Assembly: GCA_000934665.2 (NCBI GenBank)
Contig: KZ538358.1
Coordinates: 1-64,000, forward strand
DNA from: Catajapyx aquilonaris
Lineage: Eukaryota
Reading direction: 5' to 3'
Length of the DNA stretch: 64,000 nucleotides
The position numbers were made by a program, and so were the translations under genes. Of this stretch, positions 33,341 to 47,258 are shown one piece after another; position 1 is the first letter of the stretch, and each line of letters starts with the position of its first letter. A model generated the notes under the pieces. It was given only the letters and a program-made list of their open reading frames with translations. It did no database searches and was not told the origin of the DNA.

Positions 33341-36300
33341 ATGACTCGGTATGACTGCATGCCTGCATTTCCCACCATCTGGTTGATATAATAATACGCA
33401 CGTGTGTGGGGGCGACGGCAATGCAAGAAGGAAATCAGGCGAGGCCTACTTGTGTGTGAATGTGTTTAGACAGAATGCTGTTCTATTTCATGTTGCCATA
33501 AGCATGTGCTATGTTAGGTAAGAACTATTTCGAGTAGTGCAGAGGGTTGCTGTGTTGCTGGATTATTACTGGTAACTGTAGGCAGATTTATTTTTTTTTC
33601 AGTATGTTTGGGATGAAGCCAAATCAACAAAGGCTGTCTGGTTAATTTCTCTCTGTAATTTGAAGGATTCAGATGAGTGTATCTTTGTATTGGGAATGTA
33701 TGTGATTTAAAATTCCACACTGGTATAGGGTTTAGTTTTGTATGCATGTTAATTAGAAACATTCGTCACTACTTGATACCACTTTCAGGTCCGTTCCTTG
33801 CTATTTAGTTCTCAGAAGATAAAAGAAATCATTGGTAGTCGTAAATATATGACATTCCAATTTTTGACTCTTTGTGTTATTAATATGTGAAAGATTTAAA
33901 ATGCCTTGACTGAGTGCAGGGCTTCCATTGCAATGAGCAGTCCTGAACGGTAAACTTGAGTACTGCCATTGTATGATTTTTTAAATAATAATAATTGGGT
34001 TTAGTGCACTGCTCATGCTGGGCATCTGGCACAGTACCTTTAGTTTTGCTTTTTAGATGTACAAGCTTTTGGTTCTTTTTCGTAACGCCCAGGTACCACG
34101 TAAGCGAAGGGGGATGAGTGGGAGGGGATGTGCAATGTGCAGTGCAGTAACGTTGCTTTGGTCATTTTTGTAATCTCCCCCGGGTGGTGGTTCTAGCAGA
34201 AATCTCACCCGAGACGAAGCCAGAGATGACCCCTAACTCTGCATAAGATGAAGGGGGGAATGCCCAGGCTTGGTATCGAACCTGGGACCCTTACGTCCGT
34301 GGGCGCATACGTTACCACAGCGCCACTCCATCTCCCCCTCATTGTATGATTTTTGTCACATTACTCTTAAGACATTCATTCAAATGATGGAGTCCATGTC
34401 TGAACGTGGTGCAAAAAGTGCATGCATCTTAGACGTAGGTTTCTTGTGATATATGAAACAAAATTGCTTTACATTAATTTGGAGATATTGGCTCCATTGC
34501 AGAGATAATTTCATATCAATTTGATGTTCTACCCAGCCCCCTGACACAGCCCACCTACATGTATGGTGACGGTAGGTTAATAACTGTGTCCTGGCCAGAC
34601 GGCGCTGACGGCGGATGTCCCTCCAGTGGTCCCCTCCATTCTCTGCTGCCATCTTGAAGACCCATTCCGGTGGCCAGCAAGTCAATCTGCCTATGGGTGG
34701 ATGCCCCCAAAAAAATATGCTAAAAAATAAGTACGGTACTGCTCGGTACTGCTAGCTATCTTTAGTCTAAGTGAAATAAATAGTACACTTACAATGCTCG
34801 GTAAATGTGCAGAAGGCATTCTGGACACACCAAAAATGTCAAGTGAGCAGGAGGTGATTGTAAAAGAGCATTGTAAGTGTACTATTTATTTTATTTAGAC
34901 ATGACTAAAGATAGCTAGCAGTACCGAGCAGTACCGTACTTATTTTTCGGCATATTTTTTTTGGCACCCACCCGTAGGCAGATTGACTTGCCAGCCAACC
35001 GGAATGGGTCTTCAAGATGGCGGCAGACAATGGAGGGACCACTGGAGGGATTCCGCCACCAGCGCCGTCTGGCCAGGACACAGGTGTTAACCTACCGTAT
35101 TCGAGGAGTGTCATAGGCCTGGTTCTACCCATGACTAAAATAGAGAATGTCCTTCATGTAAGGCAACCAAAGTTGGACAGGTGTTTGGGAGGGGCCATAA
35201 CCTGTGGGATGAGTTTCATTATTCGTGTGTATGACAAAACCTAAATTGGCATGCGAGATAACTTTGTAATGTAGCTGAAATCACCAAAATCAACTAGAGT
35301 ATTTTGTCTTGTAATGCCACTTGGAACCTATTATGTCACGTTTATGAGCTACAAATGATGTCACCACGGTTGTCACTGCTAAGCACAACAATAACAGTGG
35401 TAACAAAAGTAATGCCACTTGTATCTTATAACAATCAACCACCTACTATAAACAACGTTTGCTGCTGCTAGGTGATATATAAAGAATCTAGCCAGGTTTC
35501 CTGTAGCTCCAAGACTTATTCACCATGGGAAACTCCCCAAGCACTGAAGCCGTTGTTCGAAATTTACTCCGGTTGGGGAACTTGGAAAGCAACTGTGATG
35601 TTGTCCAACGTTTACTCAGTCTGGGAAGCTTGCCGACCTCTGAAGATTGTTATGATGGTTTAGTCAAACTGGTAAACTCCCTGAGCTTGGAGGCTTCTGC
35701 CCCATTTTTGTTGAGCCTGGACGACTGGGTGGACTCTGGCGAGGCTTTCAGAGATTTGCTGACTTTGGAGGACTTGATAGAGCACATAGGTCCTGTACCC
35801 CCAGAACCTGAGGAAGTTGAAGAACCTGCCCCAACATTTCGAATGCGTCTAGGGTATTTATTTATTTATTTATTTATTCAGACCCATTGGGGTTTTAGGG
35901 CAGGTGCATCTCTTGATATAATCTACCACAATTATCTTAATCTAACATTGAGAGTCTTTTAATTATTTTATCAATACAGTTGAAGTTATTTTTAGCTTCG
36001 GAATAATTGCAATGTGTGTCAGATTTATTAAGCTTTCTAGAGGTAAAGAGTGGGATATACTTGGGCATTTCTTCAATGAAGCCTACAGTGGACTTGTTTG
36101 AAAATTAATAAGAAATGATGTTATTTGACCTTACCCATTTTAAAGATTGACTCTTACAAGTCATTGCAGATTGTGAAGAGAAAAACCAGGCTTGTTTTAC
36201 TAGGTAAATCATGATTGTGTTTTGTTGAGTTTGATTGTGAACTTGGTTTTCTTAACGAGAGCTATTTGTAATGTGGGCACGCTGGTTTCCATCCTTAGAA

Positions 36301-36734
36301 AATAGCCTGCCGTTTATGAGGGCAGCATAAGAAATTTTTACAGATGATAATTTTGAACGCTTTCTAGCTCTTGCAAATAGAGCATACCCCTGATTCCTAT
36401 TATGTACATTAATAGAGGTATCATTTTAGAGTTAAATCATTTTAGAAGTGTTAATATTTCTGAGTTTTATATTTAAAATAGTGGGCCACGATCCACCTAT
36501 AACTCATTTCTATCTATTTGTGAAAAATATTTGTGTACGAAACAACTTTCTGGAAGATTGAAAGGGGCACAATGATTATTCTAAAGGTGATTCATGTACA
36601 AGAAAGATGACTTCACAGCTGTTTATTGTCTAGCCTTGGGAGTATTCTAAGTGCTCTTGATCAATCTAGACTTGCTACATGAAACCCCAATTTGTCTTGG
36701 TGGGCCTGTGTGGCTTTGGGGTAACAGAACCATC

Positions 36735-36784
<50 letters not shown>

Positions 36785-39700
36785 CCGGGGTAGTGCTTGA
36801 CCTCATCTGAGGTATGCAGCACGGACCTTTATTTATTATGTCAAGTAAGTACATTTGGAGCCTTTATACGTAGCGCCCGGGCCCACGGGCAGGATGACAG
36901 GAGGGGATGTGCAAGGTGCAGTGCAATGTCTTAAACGTGGCCATTTTTAGTGAACTCCCCCGGGTGGTTTAGTCTGTGGAAATACCACCCGAGACGAAGC
37001 CAGAGGTGACCCTGAACTCTGCACGAGATGAAGGGGGTGTCCCCGGGTTGGGATCTAACCCGGGACCTTAACATCCGTGGGCGCATACGTTACCGCAGCA
37101 CCACTCCGCCTCCCCTAACAGAACCATTATTGCTCATCTTGTGTGCCGCAGCCCAAAGAACATTATTGGACTTTGCCAATCTGTAGCTTATCAATTGGCC
37201 ACAGCCAACGACAACAATGAGTAGCCAGGGCCCACTACTTCATGGTAATGCAACCCAAACTCCCCATCTTCATATATTTATCCCAGGTACAGGAATGAGA
37301 GCACAAGATACAACCAGTGGGAAAGGTTAGATAAGGGGGGCTTGGAAGCTAGTTCATTTTTAAAAGGGGAAAGGGTTATCGTGAGAGGCTCTAAACTCGA
37401 CTTGGGCCATTAAACTGCACCAAGATGGTTTTACAGCCCTGGTGTCATAGACCAGTGGAATTTTTGCACTCAGAGAAATTAGCTACAGACACCATTGTGC
37501 AAGTCTGTGACCAGCTATGCAACTGCCAGTGTGGTTGTAAAAAAACTTGTTGCATGCATGTTCTTTTCAGGAAACTATTTTTATCCAGCATTTTTGTTTG
37601 GAGGGTGTGGCTTCTTTGTCTCCTGACTAATGGGAGATTAGTTGCCTCCAGATGTGTTGATTTTTGGATTGGAGTTAATGGGAAGAGAGCATGTGCAGCT
37701 GTTGATATGTGTCTTATGGAGGCTACAGGCATGCTGTGTGTAGAGAACAAAATAATGCATCTCTTTTCTGATAATCAGTCTGAAAGTATCAGAGTAATGT
37801 TTTTATGATGATGCCTCAACACTAATTGTTTCAGCAATCCTAGTTGCACCAAGACCAGGTTGGAATCACCTTGAAAGACTGCAAGATATGCATGCACATT
37901 CTCTCCACAATCTGTTAATTCTGTCACTTGCTTACATCTGAAACAGGACAGCTTTCCCACTTCCTATCCAAATATCCTTATAATGTTTTTGTCCTCTAAG
38001 CTAATGTGCAATAAGGTGATGTGATAAATATAAACATGTCACTTATTTTTTAAATGAAATCCTACTCTAGTACAGAAATTCTTTCTCTCTCTTTTTCTAG
38101 TGCGAAGATAGAACTGGGCGATGTTACTCCACACAACATCAAGCAGCTCAAACGCTTGAATCAAGTGGTCTTCCCTGTGTCATACAATGACAAGTTTTAC
38201 AAAGATGTTCTGGAAGCTGGAGAACTTGCCAAACTTGGTAATACAAAACCAGGACAAAACATTCTAAATTCTTCCTTTAGGAACTTGAGTCTGTGCCAAG
38301 GCCTGCTGTGCAGGGTGCACTTGATCTGAAATATCTTGCCAATCAATTGTGGCACTCTGAGAATTGTACAGAGAAAAGAAAGTGTCCAAAACCTCATTCA
38401 GAATCTGGTAATGAAATCAGAATGCATAAACTCCACATATATTGTCCTGCAGGAGCTCACAAGATATTTGTAGGGAAGGGTGTAATGGGTTTAAAATTTT
38501 AATGGTTATTCAGATATTAGGTTGTGCACTATTGTCAGTTCAAGCTCTTGCCCAACTCTTATGTTCATCAAGGGAGAAATGTTCACAAATTTGAATGATC
38601 CATAACTCCGTTAGCAAAATATATTTCAGAAATGGCCATATGCACATTTGTTTAGGGCGGAGTACTTCCACTTTAAAAAATTTGAACAAAATCTGAGATA
38701 CTAAGGGTAAATGTTGTATTGAACTGATGTGGAACGACCCAAAGGTGGATTTTAAAAGTCAAATGCATGCATCCCTATGGTCAAAACTTGGCCAAAAGTT
38801 TATTCCACATCCAAGTAACTGTATGAGAATATGGTTACAGTAATAGAGGCAATATCCTTACTGGGAAAATCGTATGTTCTTCCTTACATCTCAAGAGCAC
38901 CATTATTGTTGTATGTTATCATGAGAGTCTGATGCTAGAAGACAAGACTCATTTGCATTAAGTGCACTGGTGCAGGTGTTGTTCATTGCTACGAATGTCT
39001 TATATATTAAGACGTAATTTTAATAGCATCATCTCTTTGGTAATAGATTAATAATTGATAATTTCTTTTCACAGCCTACTACAATGACATAGTAGTTGGA
39101 GCTGTATGCTGCCGCATCGATACATCGGAAAACGCACGCCGCCTTTACATAATGACATTAGGCTGCTTGAGGCCATACCGCAGGCTTGGAATAGGAACCA
39201 TGATGGTGGAGCATGTGCTCAACTATGTCCAGAAAGAAGCCAACTTTGACAGTGTCTTTCTGTAAGCATGTTTTCATGCATTTTCTAGCATGTTAACTTG
39301 TAGTCTGAATAGTTTTTTTTTAGGTAATTTAGGCCATTAGTTGTAATTGCGAGCAGAGGGAGTTGGCATACAAGTGCTTTCACAGCTACAATTCAGTTTC
39401 CCAAGTGTGTAACCTTGAGGACTCGACCGCTTCCTTCCATGTATTTTTACCCTTTGGTGGATGGAAAGGAAGCTTGGTCCTCCATGCCTTGCATGATGTA
39501 GGGAATGTGTCTTATCAGAAAGTAAAGTAATTTTGGATACAGATTTATTAACCATGTATTACACATCGTGTATTGAGAGTAACAACGACATTGTGCAAAC
39601 GCCATAAGCTTCAAAGTTGGTCCTGTCAACCACAGTGTGGCTTGATGTGACAGTTAGCTTCCACTAGATGGCAAGCAAGTCAACAAATGATACGGTTAGG

Positions 39701-41523
39701 ATATGGTATGAAGTGGAGATAATCCAAGGTCGTTGAAAATGGCGTGTTATTTGAATGGGCTGAAGCAGCATTTTTTTTTTGGAGCTGATTTGATATAGAC
39801 GTGGATATGAAATATCCAATTACATGTCTAAAACTGCGAAGAGTAGCTCTCTCATCGCCATTTGCGGCCATTCTAATTTTGTCAGCACTATTTCATCACA
39901 ATTTTTTGGCGGCACAGGCACAGTATTGCCTGAGGGTTGAGCCCTAAGTCATTGTTCACATTTTTATTCAAATACTGTAAGATGTATGGAGATGATGACC
40001 TTTACTGCGTTTTGAAGGTCCGGTGATTACAATAAATTTGATCTGGTATCGCCCATATCACGAGGGAGGTGGGGAAACGAAAGGGGATTGTGACCCCCAC
40101 CATTCCATCATTGCATGGGGGGGAGGGGGGGGGGGTGTTCCCTTTTGTTTCCCCCCCCCCTCCCTCGCGATGTGGGCGCTATCTATCGCCAGAGCTGCAA
40201 AGCTTAGCAAAGGTCATCTCTGTATATGTTACTGTTCTTGAGGAAAAAAATACGCCCCATGACTTTTGACTCAAATCATGTAACTTCAAAGTCATTGGGT
40301 CAGAGATGACCAAAACATCACAAAAACCATCCTTACGTCGCCTATGATGAGAAAAAGGCATTAGAATTCTTATATTCCCAAAATCAGAAGGGTTAATGTG
40401 AAAATACAGTGACTGGGATACATTAATGCACAACACAATTTATGAATATTTTTTTACTTTCAGCTACAAATTTTCCACTGGGCTGAAATTGATAAAAATT
40501 GATGCAATACTAGCCCGCACTAGCCCCTAAACCTTGTCTAGAGGTGGTCAAAACTACTACTACAACACCCACCTTAACATTGTTGGAGGATAGTACCAGC
40601 TAGTAATTGGGGAAGTGTTCTCAAGCGTGTCGGGGTATTAGTGTCATGTGTGAAGTGAAGAGAGGCAGCCCTCAAGTGACCATGTAGTGCAGCAGGATGC
40701 ATTACATGGTAACAGGGCTCTTCTTTCTGAAATCAACTGTGATTAGGGCTTGTATGTGCTAGAGAATAATGCTCCTCCCCAGTTACCAGCTGGAATTGCC
40801 CTTTCACAACATGGGGCACCACCACACTGTACCCTCATCATGAAAGACCACCTAAATCTTAAGTTGCTTGAGAGATGGATCAGTAGAGGAGGGCCAGTTG
40901 CGTTGCTTCTTAGGTTGCCTTTTGTAAGGAAAAACATTGTCTACCATGTTACGAGCAAACTACGTTAAATGGGACGCTTGCTGTGGTTACAGCTGAGGTG
41001 CTACAAAACTTATGAACATGTATCAAATAACATCACATTTGGTTTGCAACAAAAGGCACCTTTATTGAAATTTATTGAAAAGATAATGATGGGAGGAAAA
41101 AACAACTGGGTTTCCTTTGCCCCAATGTAAACTAGATACGTGTGTGATTAACTGATTATTTGATCTGGCTGCCAATTGTTACTACATATTGGATATGGAG
41201 GAGTCACATTGTCATTCTTATCCAACAGGCACGTGCAAGTGAACAATGAGAGCGCTATTCAATTCTACCGGAAGTTTGGTTTCGAGATTGTGGAAACAAA
41301 GGAGCACTACTACAAGCGCATTGAGCCAGCAGATGCCCATGTCCTGCAGAAAACCCTACGAACACGCCCCAACAACACTGCTTCCAGCCCATCGCAGCCC
41401 CAGGCCAATGGTGATCACAACCCACAACACAACCACAACCATCATAACCACCTTGTTCACCACAATGGGAGTAATCAAAGCATCCAAGAAGACGAGAAAC
41501 GTGACCGAGAAAAACAGGCCTGA
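33341..41523 (+). CDS. NAA50: N-alpha-acetyltransferase 50 (san orthologue, 208 aa); exons 33341-33348, 38101-38237, 39075-39261, 41229-41523
   Basis: Spliced product MTRAKIELGDVTPHNIKQLKRLNQVVFPVSYNDKFY...AYYNDIVVGAVCCRID...LYIMTLGCL.PYRRLGIG...FLHVQVNNESAIQFYRKFGFEIVETKEHYYKRIEPADAHVLQK. All junctions are GT-AG with consistent phases; total 627 nt. Confidence 0.95.
33982..34339 (-). mobile_element. Diverged subfamily of the dominant SINE
   Basis: Shared head and body (CACCCGAGACGAAGCCAGAG); TSD CATTGTATGATTTTT at 33967-33981 and 34340-34354. Confidence 0.85.
34570..35097. mobile_element. Long-TIR (about 230 bp) foldback MITE
   Basis: CGGTAGGTTAA..CTGTGTCCTGGCCAGACGGCGCTG.. with an inverted copy ending TTAACCTACCG. 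Confidence 0.85.
35525..35854 (+). CDS. Candidate orphan ORF (about 110 codons) nested in NAA50 intron 1, interrupted by a LINE tail
   Basis: TATATAAA at 35476-35483, Kozak CACCATGG, N-terminus MGNSPS, Leu/acidic protein-like composition. It runs into the (TATT)n tail of an antisense LINE. Confidence 0.4.
35855..36620 (-). mobile_element. Decayed 3' fragment of a non-LTR retrotransposon
   Basis: (TAAA)n tail at 35855-35878. Minus frame reads IPLLMY..G....LQELESVQ...*KFLMLP..TAGYFLRMET, resembling a LINE ORF2 post-RT region, with stops. Confidence 0.6.
36734..37115 (-). mobile_element. tRNA-derived SINE, dominant family, young full-length copy
   Basis: Long (AAT)n tail; TSD TAACAGAACCAT at 36722-36733 and 37116-37127. 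Confidence 0.92.
40740..41080 (+). mobile_element. Tc1/mariner-superfamily (DD37D/maT-like) transposase remnant
   Basis: SQHGAPPH....KDHLN....RWISRGG resembles QQDGAPPH...RWIGRGG. Confidence 0.6.
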
Positions 41524-43039
41524 TTGTTTTTAAAAGTACCCAACCCTCCCCCTCAAAATTTTAACTAATCATTACTGCTTCCCTCCCCTCCCAAAACATC
41601 CCATTTTGATGTTCTATTTGTACCTCCTGCCCAAATCCCCAATCAAATTATGTCATGCAGCTTCAAGTTCGCTAGAGAAAAGTGGGGACGAGGACAATTT
41701 GCACAGGATATGTAAATCAAGCTAAGTTCATGTTTATCATCATGTCACTTTTGGCAGTGAGCGATATTTCAAGAGTGTTTGTGTTACTCCTTCCAAACAA
41801 TTTTTGGCTCAACTGAAGGGTTTGATTCACCTAATAAAATCAAGTGTCATACTCTTCCATTCATCTGGCATTTGATCAAGAAGGAAGTGACAGTTGCCAG
41901 CTTATACCAGGGGTATGTTTTAAGTTCTTTTATGCCCCTTTCTTGTGTATGAGAATGGTAACTTAAGGAACACAGTTTGTTTGTTTTTCTATGCAGTTCA
42001 CCTGACAAGGAAGGAACCGACAGTATTTAATCATGGATTTGCTCAAAAACCAGTTGATTGCCACACATTGTTTATGATTGATTATGGTCATTTATTTGGA
42101 ATTGTTTACATTAATTTGTTTGGAATCTCGCATGTTACACGAAGAGCAAAGGTGATTTCCTCCAATCAATGATGCAAAAAATGTATGCTGAAGATATCCT
42201 GAATCCCTCCTCCTTTCCCTCTTTGCACTCATTCTATCCACATTTCTTTACTATTTCCACTGCTAAGAGGGGATGTAAATAATGTTGTTACTTACAAAGT
42301 GGCAAGAACGAGAGACATGAGAGAGAGAGTGAGAATGAGCAAGCAAGTTGTGTTGGTTAGGTTGGACGAGAGAACATGGGAAAAAAAGCAAACCAATTTG
42401 TACAGAGGTATACCTGAGTAAAGTGAAGAATGAGTGAAATCAGTCTTTTATTTCATGTTCTGTCTTGAATTCCTAATGAAGAGGTCTATGCATAGGCACC
42501 TTGGTTCCTGACAGTCTTTTGACCCCCTAACCTTGGCTGAAGTTTTATACACAAGCAAATACAAGGGTTTGTCCTTAGCCTTGTCCTTCAAGTTTATAGG
42601 CTTGGTAGATAGATAGTTACCTCCCATCTCCATTGTTAGAGGAGTCAAAATGGCAAGTAACACCAATGTTTGAATTCTTCTGGTACTCTGTCACATGCAC
42701 GTTGTAAATGTTTGCGTGATTTTGCACTTCACTGATCAGCAGCATTTGACTGTGGCAGCTGGAGATGCCATATTTAGTTCATAAGCAAGTTTTCCACAAG
42801 AATGTTGTCACTTATTGGCTAGTCCCAAGGACCAGGAACTGGGACAAGGGTCAAAGCTTGATTTGAGGAACTCGCTGAAGGGCAAGACAAAGGACGTGCG
42901 AGGGACCAAGAGACAGGACAGAGGATGGAGCAACCTTCATGGATTGGTGGATCTGAAGGTTGAGGGGACCCAACTTGGTTTTAGGTATTTCATATTTAAT
43001 GCAGGTAGTATTGTCCATTATGAAATTGTTGGCAACGAA

Positions 43040-43157
43040 ATAAACATGTTAGATAATAATCTGCCTCTGGAGGTACCACCTGACTTAAATACACAAAGTT
43101 TGTACAATTAAGTCAGGTGGCACCTCCAGAGGCAGATGATTTCCACATGTTTATTTA
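43040..43157. repeat. Hairpin/palindromic element downstream of the NAA50 stop
   Basis: TCTGCCTCTGGAGGTACCACCTGACTTAA pairs with TTAAGTCAGGTGGCACCTCCAGAGGCAGA. Confidence 0.8.
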
Positions 43158-45243
43158 ATATCTGTCATGTTAGCACTTCTCAAACTTCACGACACATGCC
43201 ATTCATTTTCAGAGGTGTACAGTACAAGCATTATCCAGTACATTATACCTCCAGTAGCATGCGTTGTAGAATGACTAGCAACATAATGTTTACATCTCAT
43301 AAGTGAACTGATGACCAGGAAAGCTGCATAAATCCAGTGAAATTACAAGTCCCCCAAAAACTTTTCACCAACATCAGGCTACACCTGACAACATTTATTC
43401 AGCAAAAACACCTACAATATCACACTGTGTAAGCAGATTGTCATACTACAGCATGTATCTGTACCAAAGTTTTTATCTCAGGGGCTGATCAAGAATGAAC
43501 TGATAGAGTAAAAATAATTTTATCATAATTATGTTGATAACATTTCATTATAAGAGAAGGTGGAAAATTTTGTAGCTTAAATGTGAAAGCAACGATTTCA
43601 ATTTGTCATTTTCCTTTTTCATACAAAAGGCAAGAAGTTAGCAATAAATTTTTATTATGAAATCATCCTGTTGATCACAAATATGTACTGTATGTCAAGA
43701 ACACCATGTGAAAGAGCCTTGTAAGATAAGTTTATGCAACATTTATACTGCATCTTGAAAACACCATCAGTGAAATGAAAGAAGTGCTTCATATATGTTC
43801 ATATCATGTTAGTTCTCTGAAATGTCACCAAATGTCGGTTACAACAGTAATGCTGAGAGCAACTTTTCTGTCCAATTACTTATGGTCCTGGATTTTATGT
43901 TGAAGTTGTCACTCACATGTCCTAGCACCTTCATTGCTTCTTTCCTCTGCAATTGCAAAAATTCAGTTAACAACCAGACACACAAAATGATTTAAGTCTT
44001 TATTAAATGTGTAGTCAGAAGACAAAATGTAAATGCTACTGTTGACTAGGTATAATCAAAATCTCTAAAGCTGTACCCAGCAATGAGAGCCACACAACAT
44101 ATATGCTACGATTGCCTTGCAAGGCAACAAGTGATTCCGTTTATCATGAAGTGCAATAGTTGGGGGCAGAATGGTCCATTGGCGATGTCCCTGGACAGCT
44201 AATAAGCATAAGCTGGTGGGTGTCCTCCATCACCATCGCCTTCACTTCGTCAGACATTTTCCTGAGGCTGTCTTTTCATTCACCCTGTCCAGGCTTCCAT
44301 ACTGGCCCATTGTCAATAGCATGGTTATGTGGCAATGACGGCAATCCAGAGAGGATGAGTAGATTCTACTCTCCTCGGAACACCTTCTGTCCCTTAGCAA
44401 GCCAGCATGTCACACACATTGACATACACTACTGGAACAGGTTTGTGCAATATTCCCTGATGCAAGTGAAAGCACTACTCACAGTTGTTATTATTAATAA
44501 TTGTTATTATTATACATCACACTTATCTTACCAGGTTTTATTGTAAATTCATATGCTGTCACAGGCCTATACAGGTTTAAAGCTCTCACTGTGGGCTCAA
44601 GTTAACTATATACGCTTTCTTAAATCATACTGGATGACAGTATACAATGTTGTACTATGCCAGATGAAAATATTGAGATGATATTTTGAAGTGAACTAAT
44701 AAAATCATCTCAATATTTTTGGCCATTATAGTACATGTCATAACATGACAGGCATTTATGCTCTTTTGATTAATGTCTTTTCACTCTTTGTAATTTTACT
44801 ACTTATAGATTCTGGTCAAAATAATTATTAGGTCAAGATCTACTGAGAGCCCATAGGAAGAGGATAGTGAATTATTGTGATACTCACATGCCCAGTATCA
44901 GTGCTCATCCTAACAAGACCTATTCTAACTTACACAGAAGTCTTAACCGAATGATTAATTAGAGTGAGTTCAGTCTGACAAATATTTCTCACACATCAGT
45001 ACACCATGTGATGTCCCCTTTGCGTCACTGCATGTTGTGGTTCCCATAAATGCGCAGTAAAAGTCAGGCACCTTCACCAGTCACAAAAGGGCATCTGAAT
45101 ATTTCATCAATATCTTTGGTAATGCTACATATTGCCTGAAGGCCCAAGATATTGTCAAACTAAAATGTTTCTCTTTTCCTTACAAAAACTCACAATGCAA
45201 AGATTTTAAAAATTGGAAATCATTACAATACACTGATTTCATA

Positions 45244-45674
45244 CAGGGTGTAACTGAACTCAGTGCACAGACATATATGACTGCCTTCCTAGGCACCAGA
45301 GGATTGATTTAGGTAGAGGAGTCATTATATCTGGGCTTACCGAGATAATTGCCCCCAAACATGTAGTACAAAATATCCTGTCGGTTAGGCCACCCATCGA
45401 ACCCTCCCCCAGTCAGAAGGAGCGATTAGGCAAAATCGTTGTGTTGTGGTTTGTAATTTCAATTTGTTCTGAATGTCGCTGCTAATTTTGAAGAGCACTG
45501 GCACTTTCACTGCTAGTTACAAATCACTCTTTAGCCAAATCGCTAACTATCAGGTGGGTCGATTATCTCGGTAATGCGGCGGCCCAGACATAATGACTAC
45601 TCTACCTAAATCAATCCTCTGGTGCCTAGGAAGGCAGTCATATATGTCTGTGCACTGAGTTCAGTTACACCCTG
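45244..45674. mobile_element. Young Tc1/mariner-type MITE
   Basis: Perfect TIR of more than 70 bp, CAGGGTGTAACTGAACTCAGTGCACAGACATATATGACTGCCTTCCTAGGCACCAGAGG..; TA flanks. Confidence 0.9.
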
Positions 45675-46658
45675 TATATGAACATGCCTGGGACAGGGAG
45701 CCATGGTGGGAGCTTGTCTCTAATTCCATCTATTTAGCTTCATACTTAGCCCCAAATTAAGAAGTGCTTTTTGTACATCAACCAAGCTCATAAGACAGTC
45801 CTGACCAACTAACTTATCTTAATAGGTGGCATTAAGATGATAAGAGAGTGGATCAGGACTGCCTTATTATGAGTCTGGTTCAAGTGCACTTTAATAGGTG
45901 TGTATATAACAAGATTATGAACACACTTTTATACATTGTTCGAGCCCCCCCCCCAAAAAAATCCTTGCGCCAAAAGCAAAATAGTTGTCTTACTTTGACA
46001 TTTCTTGTTATGAACCTTTACTATTTTTGCTTAAACCTGACATGAAATATGAGGGCTAAGTTATTTCAGATGCAGTTCTACCAAAGTGAGCAAAGGTGCA
46101 TGTGAAAAATATTGAAACAAAAAGAACTGCAGAAATGCAAAAAAGGACCTAGAATAAGCTAGTTATTAGCTCTTAGTGACTTAGTGGTACACATCATTTC
46201 AGATCAAGATACAATGTGAAGGTACTCAACTGTTACGTACAGCACCTGCTCTTAGCTAATGTCAGTACCCAGTGGTGAATGCACATCCAGTTAAGAAAGG
46301 AAATATAAATTCATGGTGTACACTCAGTCTACTGATGACGATGCTGCAAAAGTACTAACAGAGGCTGCTTGGCATGTGAGAAGGCACCAAGACAAAGTAC
46401 AAATGAGTAGCAACCTGTATATTTTAAAAACTTGGTCAGTTCACTGCAGGCCAGTAAACACCAGGTTTGTTTATAAGATTATAACTGTTGGGAATAAATT
46501 TTGTTTTTCTTCTTTTAATTCCACTTGTGTGCATGCATCTTATTGGTGCCCTTATAACTTTAAAAAGGTTCTAATGATTGACCATCCCTGTAGCATGCAT
46601 TCAGTGTTAGTGGGGCATGGTAGTTGAATGGTTAAGAGAATGACTGGCTATCAGACTA

Positions 46659-47031
46659 CAGGGTGTCTGAAAAGTCCAGAGCCAAATCACAGTAATGTCA
46701 CAGTAATCAACATGTCTTCTGTCATGTCCCGCACAGGTATGCAGGGTGGAAATGTGTGGTTGGTTCTTAAACAGATGGATGAACAGGCAACCTTCCTATC
46801 CTGTGCTGTTTTCTGAAAGGATAATTTATTGCGTGGGCAGCATGAAGATTCGCAATATGGCACACCTCCGCACCAGGAATGAGGACAAATGACATACCAT
46901 AGGTCCAGATATTGTTTCCTATGTGCTCAACAACCTGCGATTCAGCCTACAGACCTGTGCAGACCTTGATGGAGGACATATTAAACAATTACTGTGATTG
47001 GGCTATGGTGCAGGACTTTTCGGACACCCTG
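46659..47031. mobile_element. Internally deleted Tc1-type element
   Basis: CAGGGTGTCTGAAAAGTCC pairs with GGACTTTTCGGACACCCTG. Confidence 0.75.
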
Positions 47032-47070
47032 TTGATAATAATCAGGTCTGGGTTTCATAGCAGCCCCACA

Positions 47071-47258
47071 ACCGAAGCAGTGGTGGCGGAGGGGATATGG
47101 TATCCGACTGCTAATCGGGAGGTCCTGGGTTCGATCCCCGGGGCCGGCAACCCTAACCGTGGTTTTCTGTGGTTTCCCACGGTCCCTCCAGGTAAATGCC
47201 GGGGTTGTTTCCTAAAATAATAGGCCACAGCCGCTTCCTTCCGTCCCTATCCTATCCC
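47071..47258 (+). mobile_element. tRNA-derived SINE (second family), 3'-truncated
   Basis: A/B boxes GGTGGCGGAGGGG and GGTTCGATCCC; body matches the 5597 copy. Confidence 0.8.

Noticed and set aside
44000..46420. Minus-strand splice-like signals and short frames (LLLICTLSWCLLTCQAAS; AICSITKDIDEIFRCPF; PVTAYEFTIKPG) suggesting a small secreted-protein gene
   Set aside because: Exon phases could not be joined into one open frame and no start exon was found. A non-coding spliced transcript cannot be excluded.
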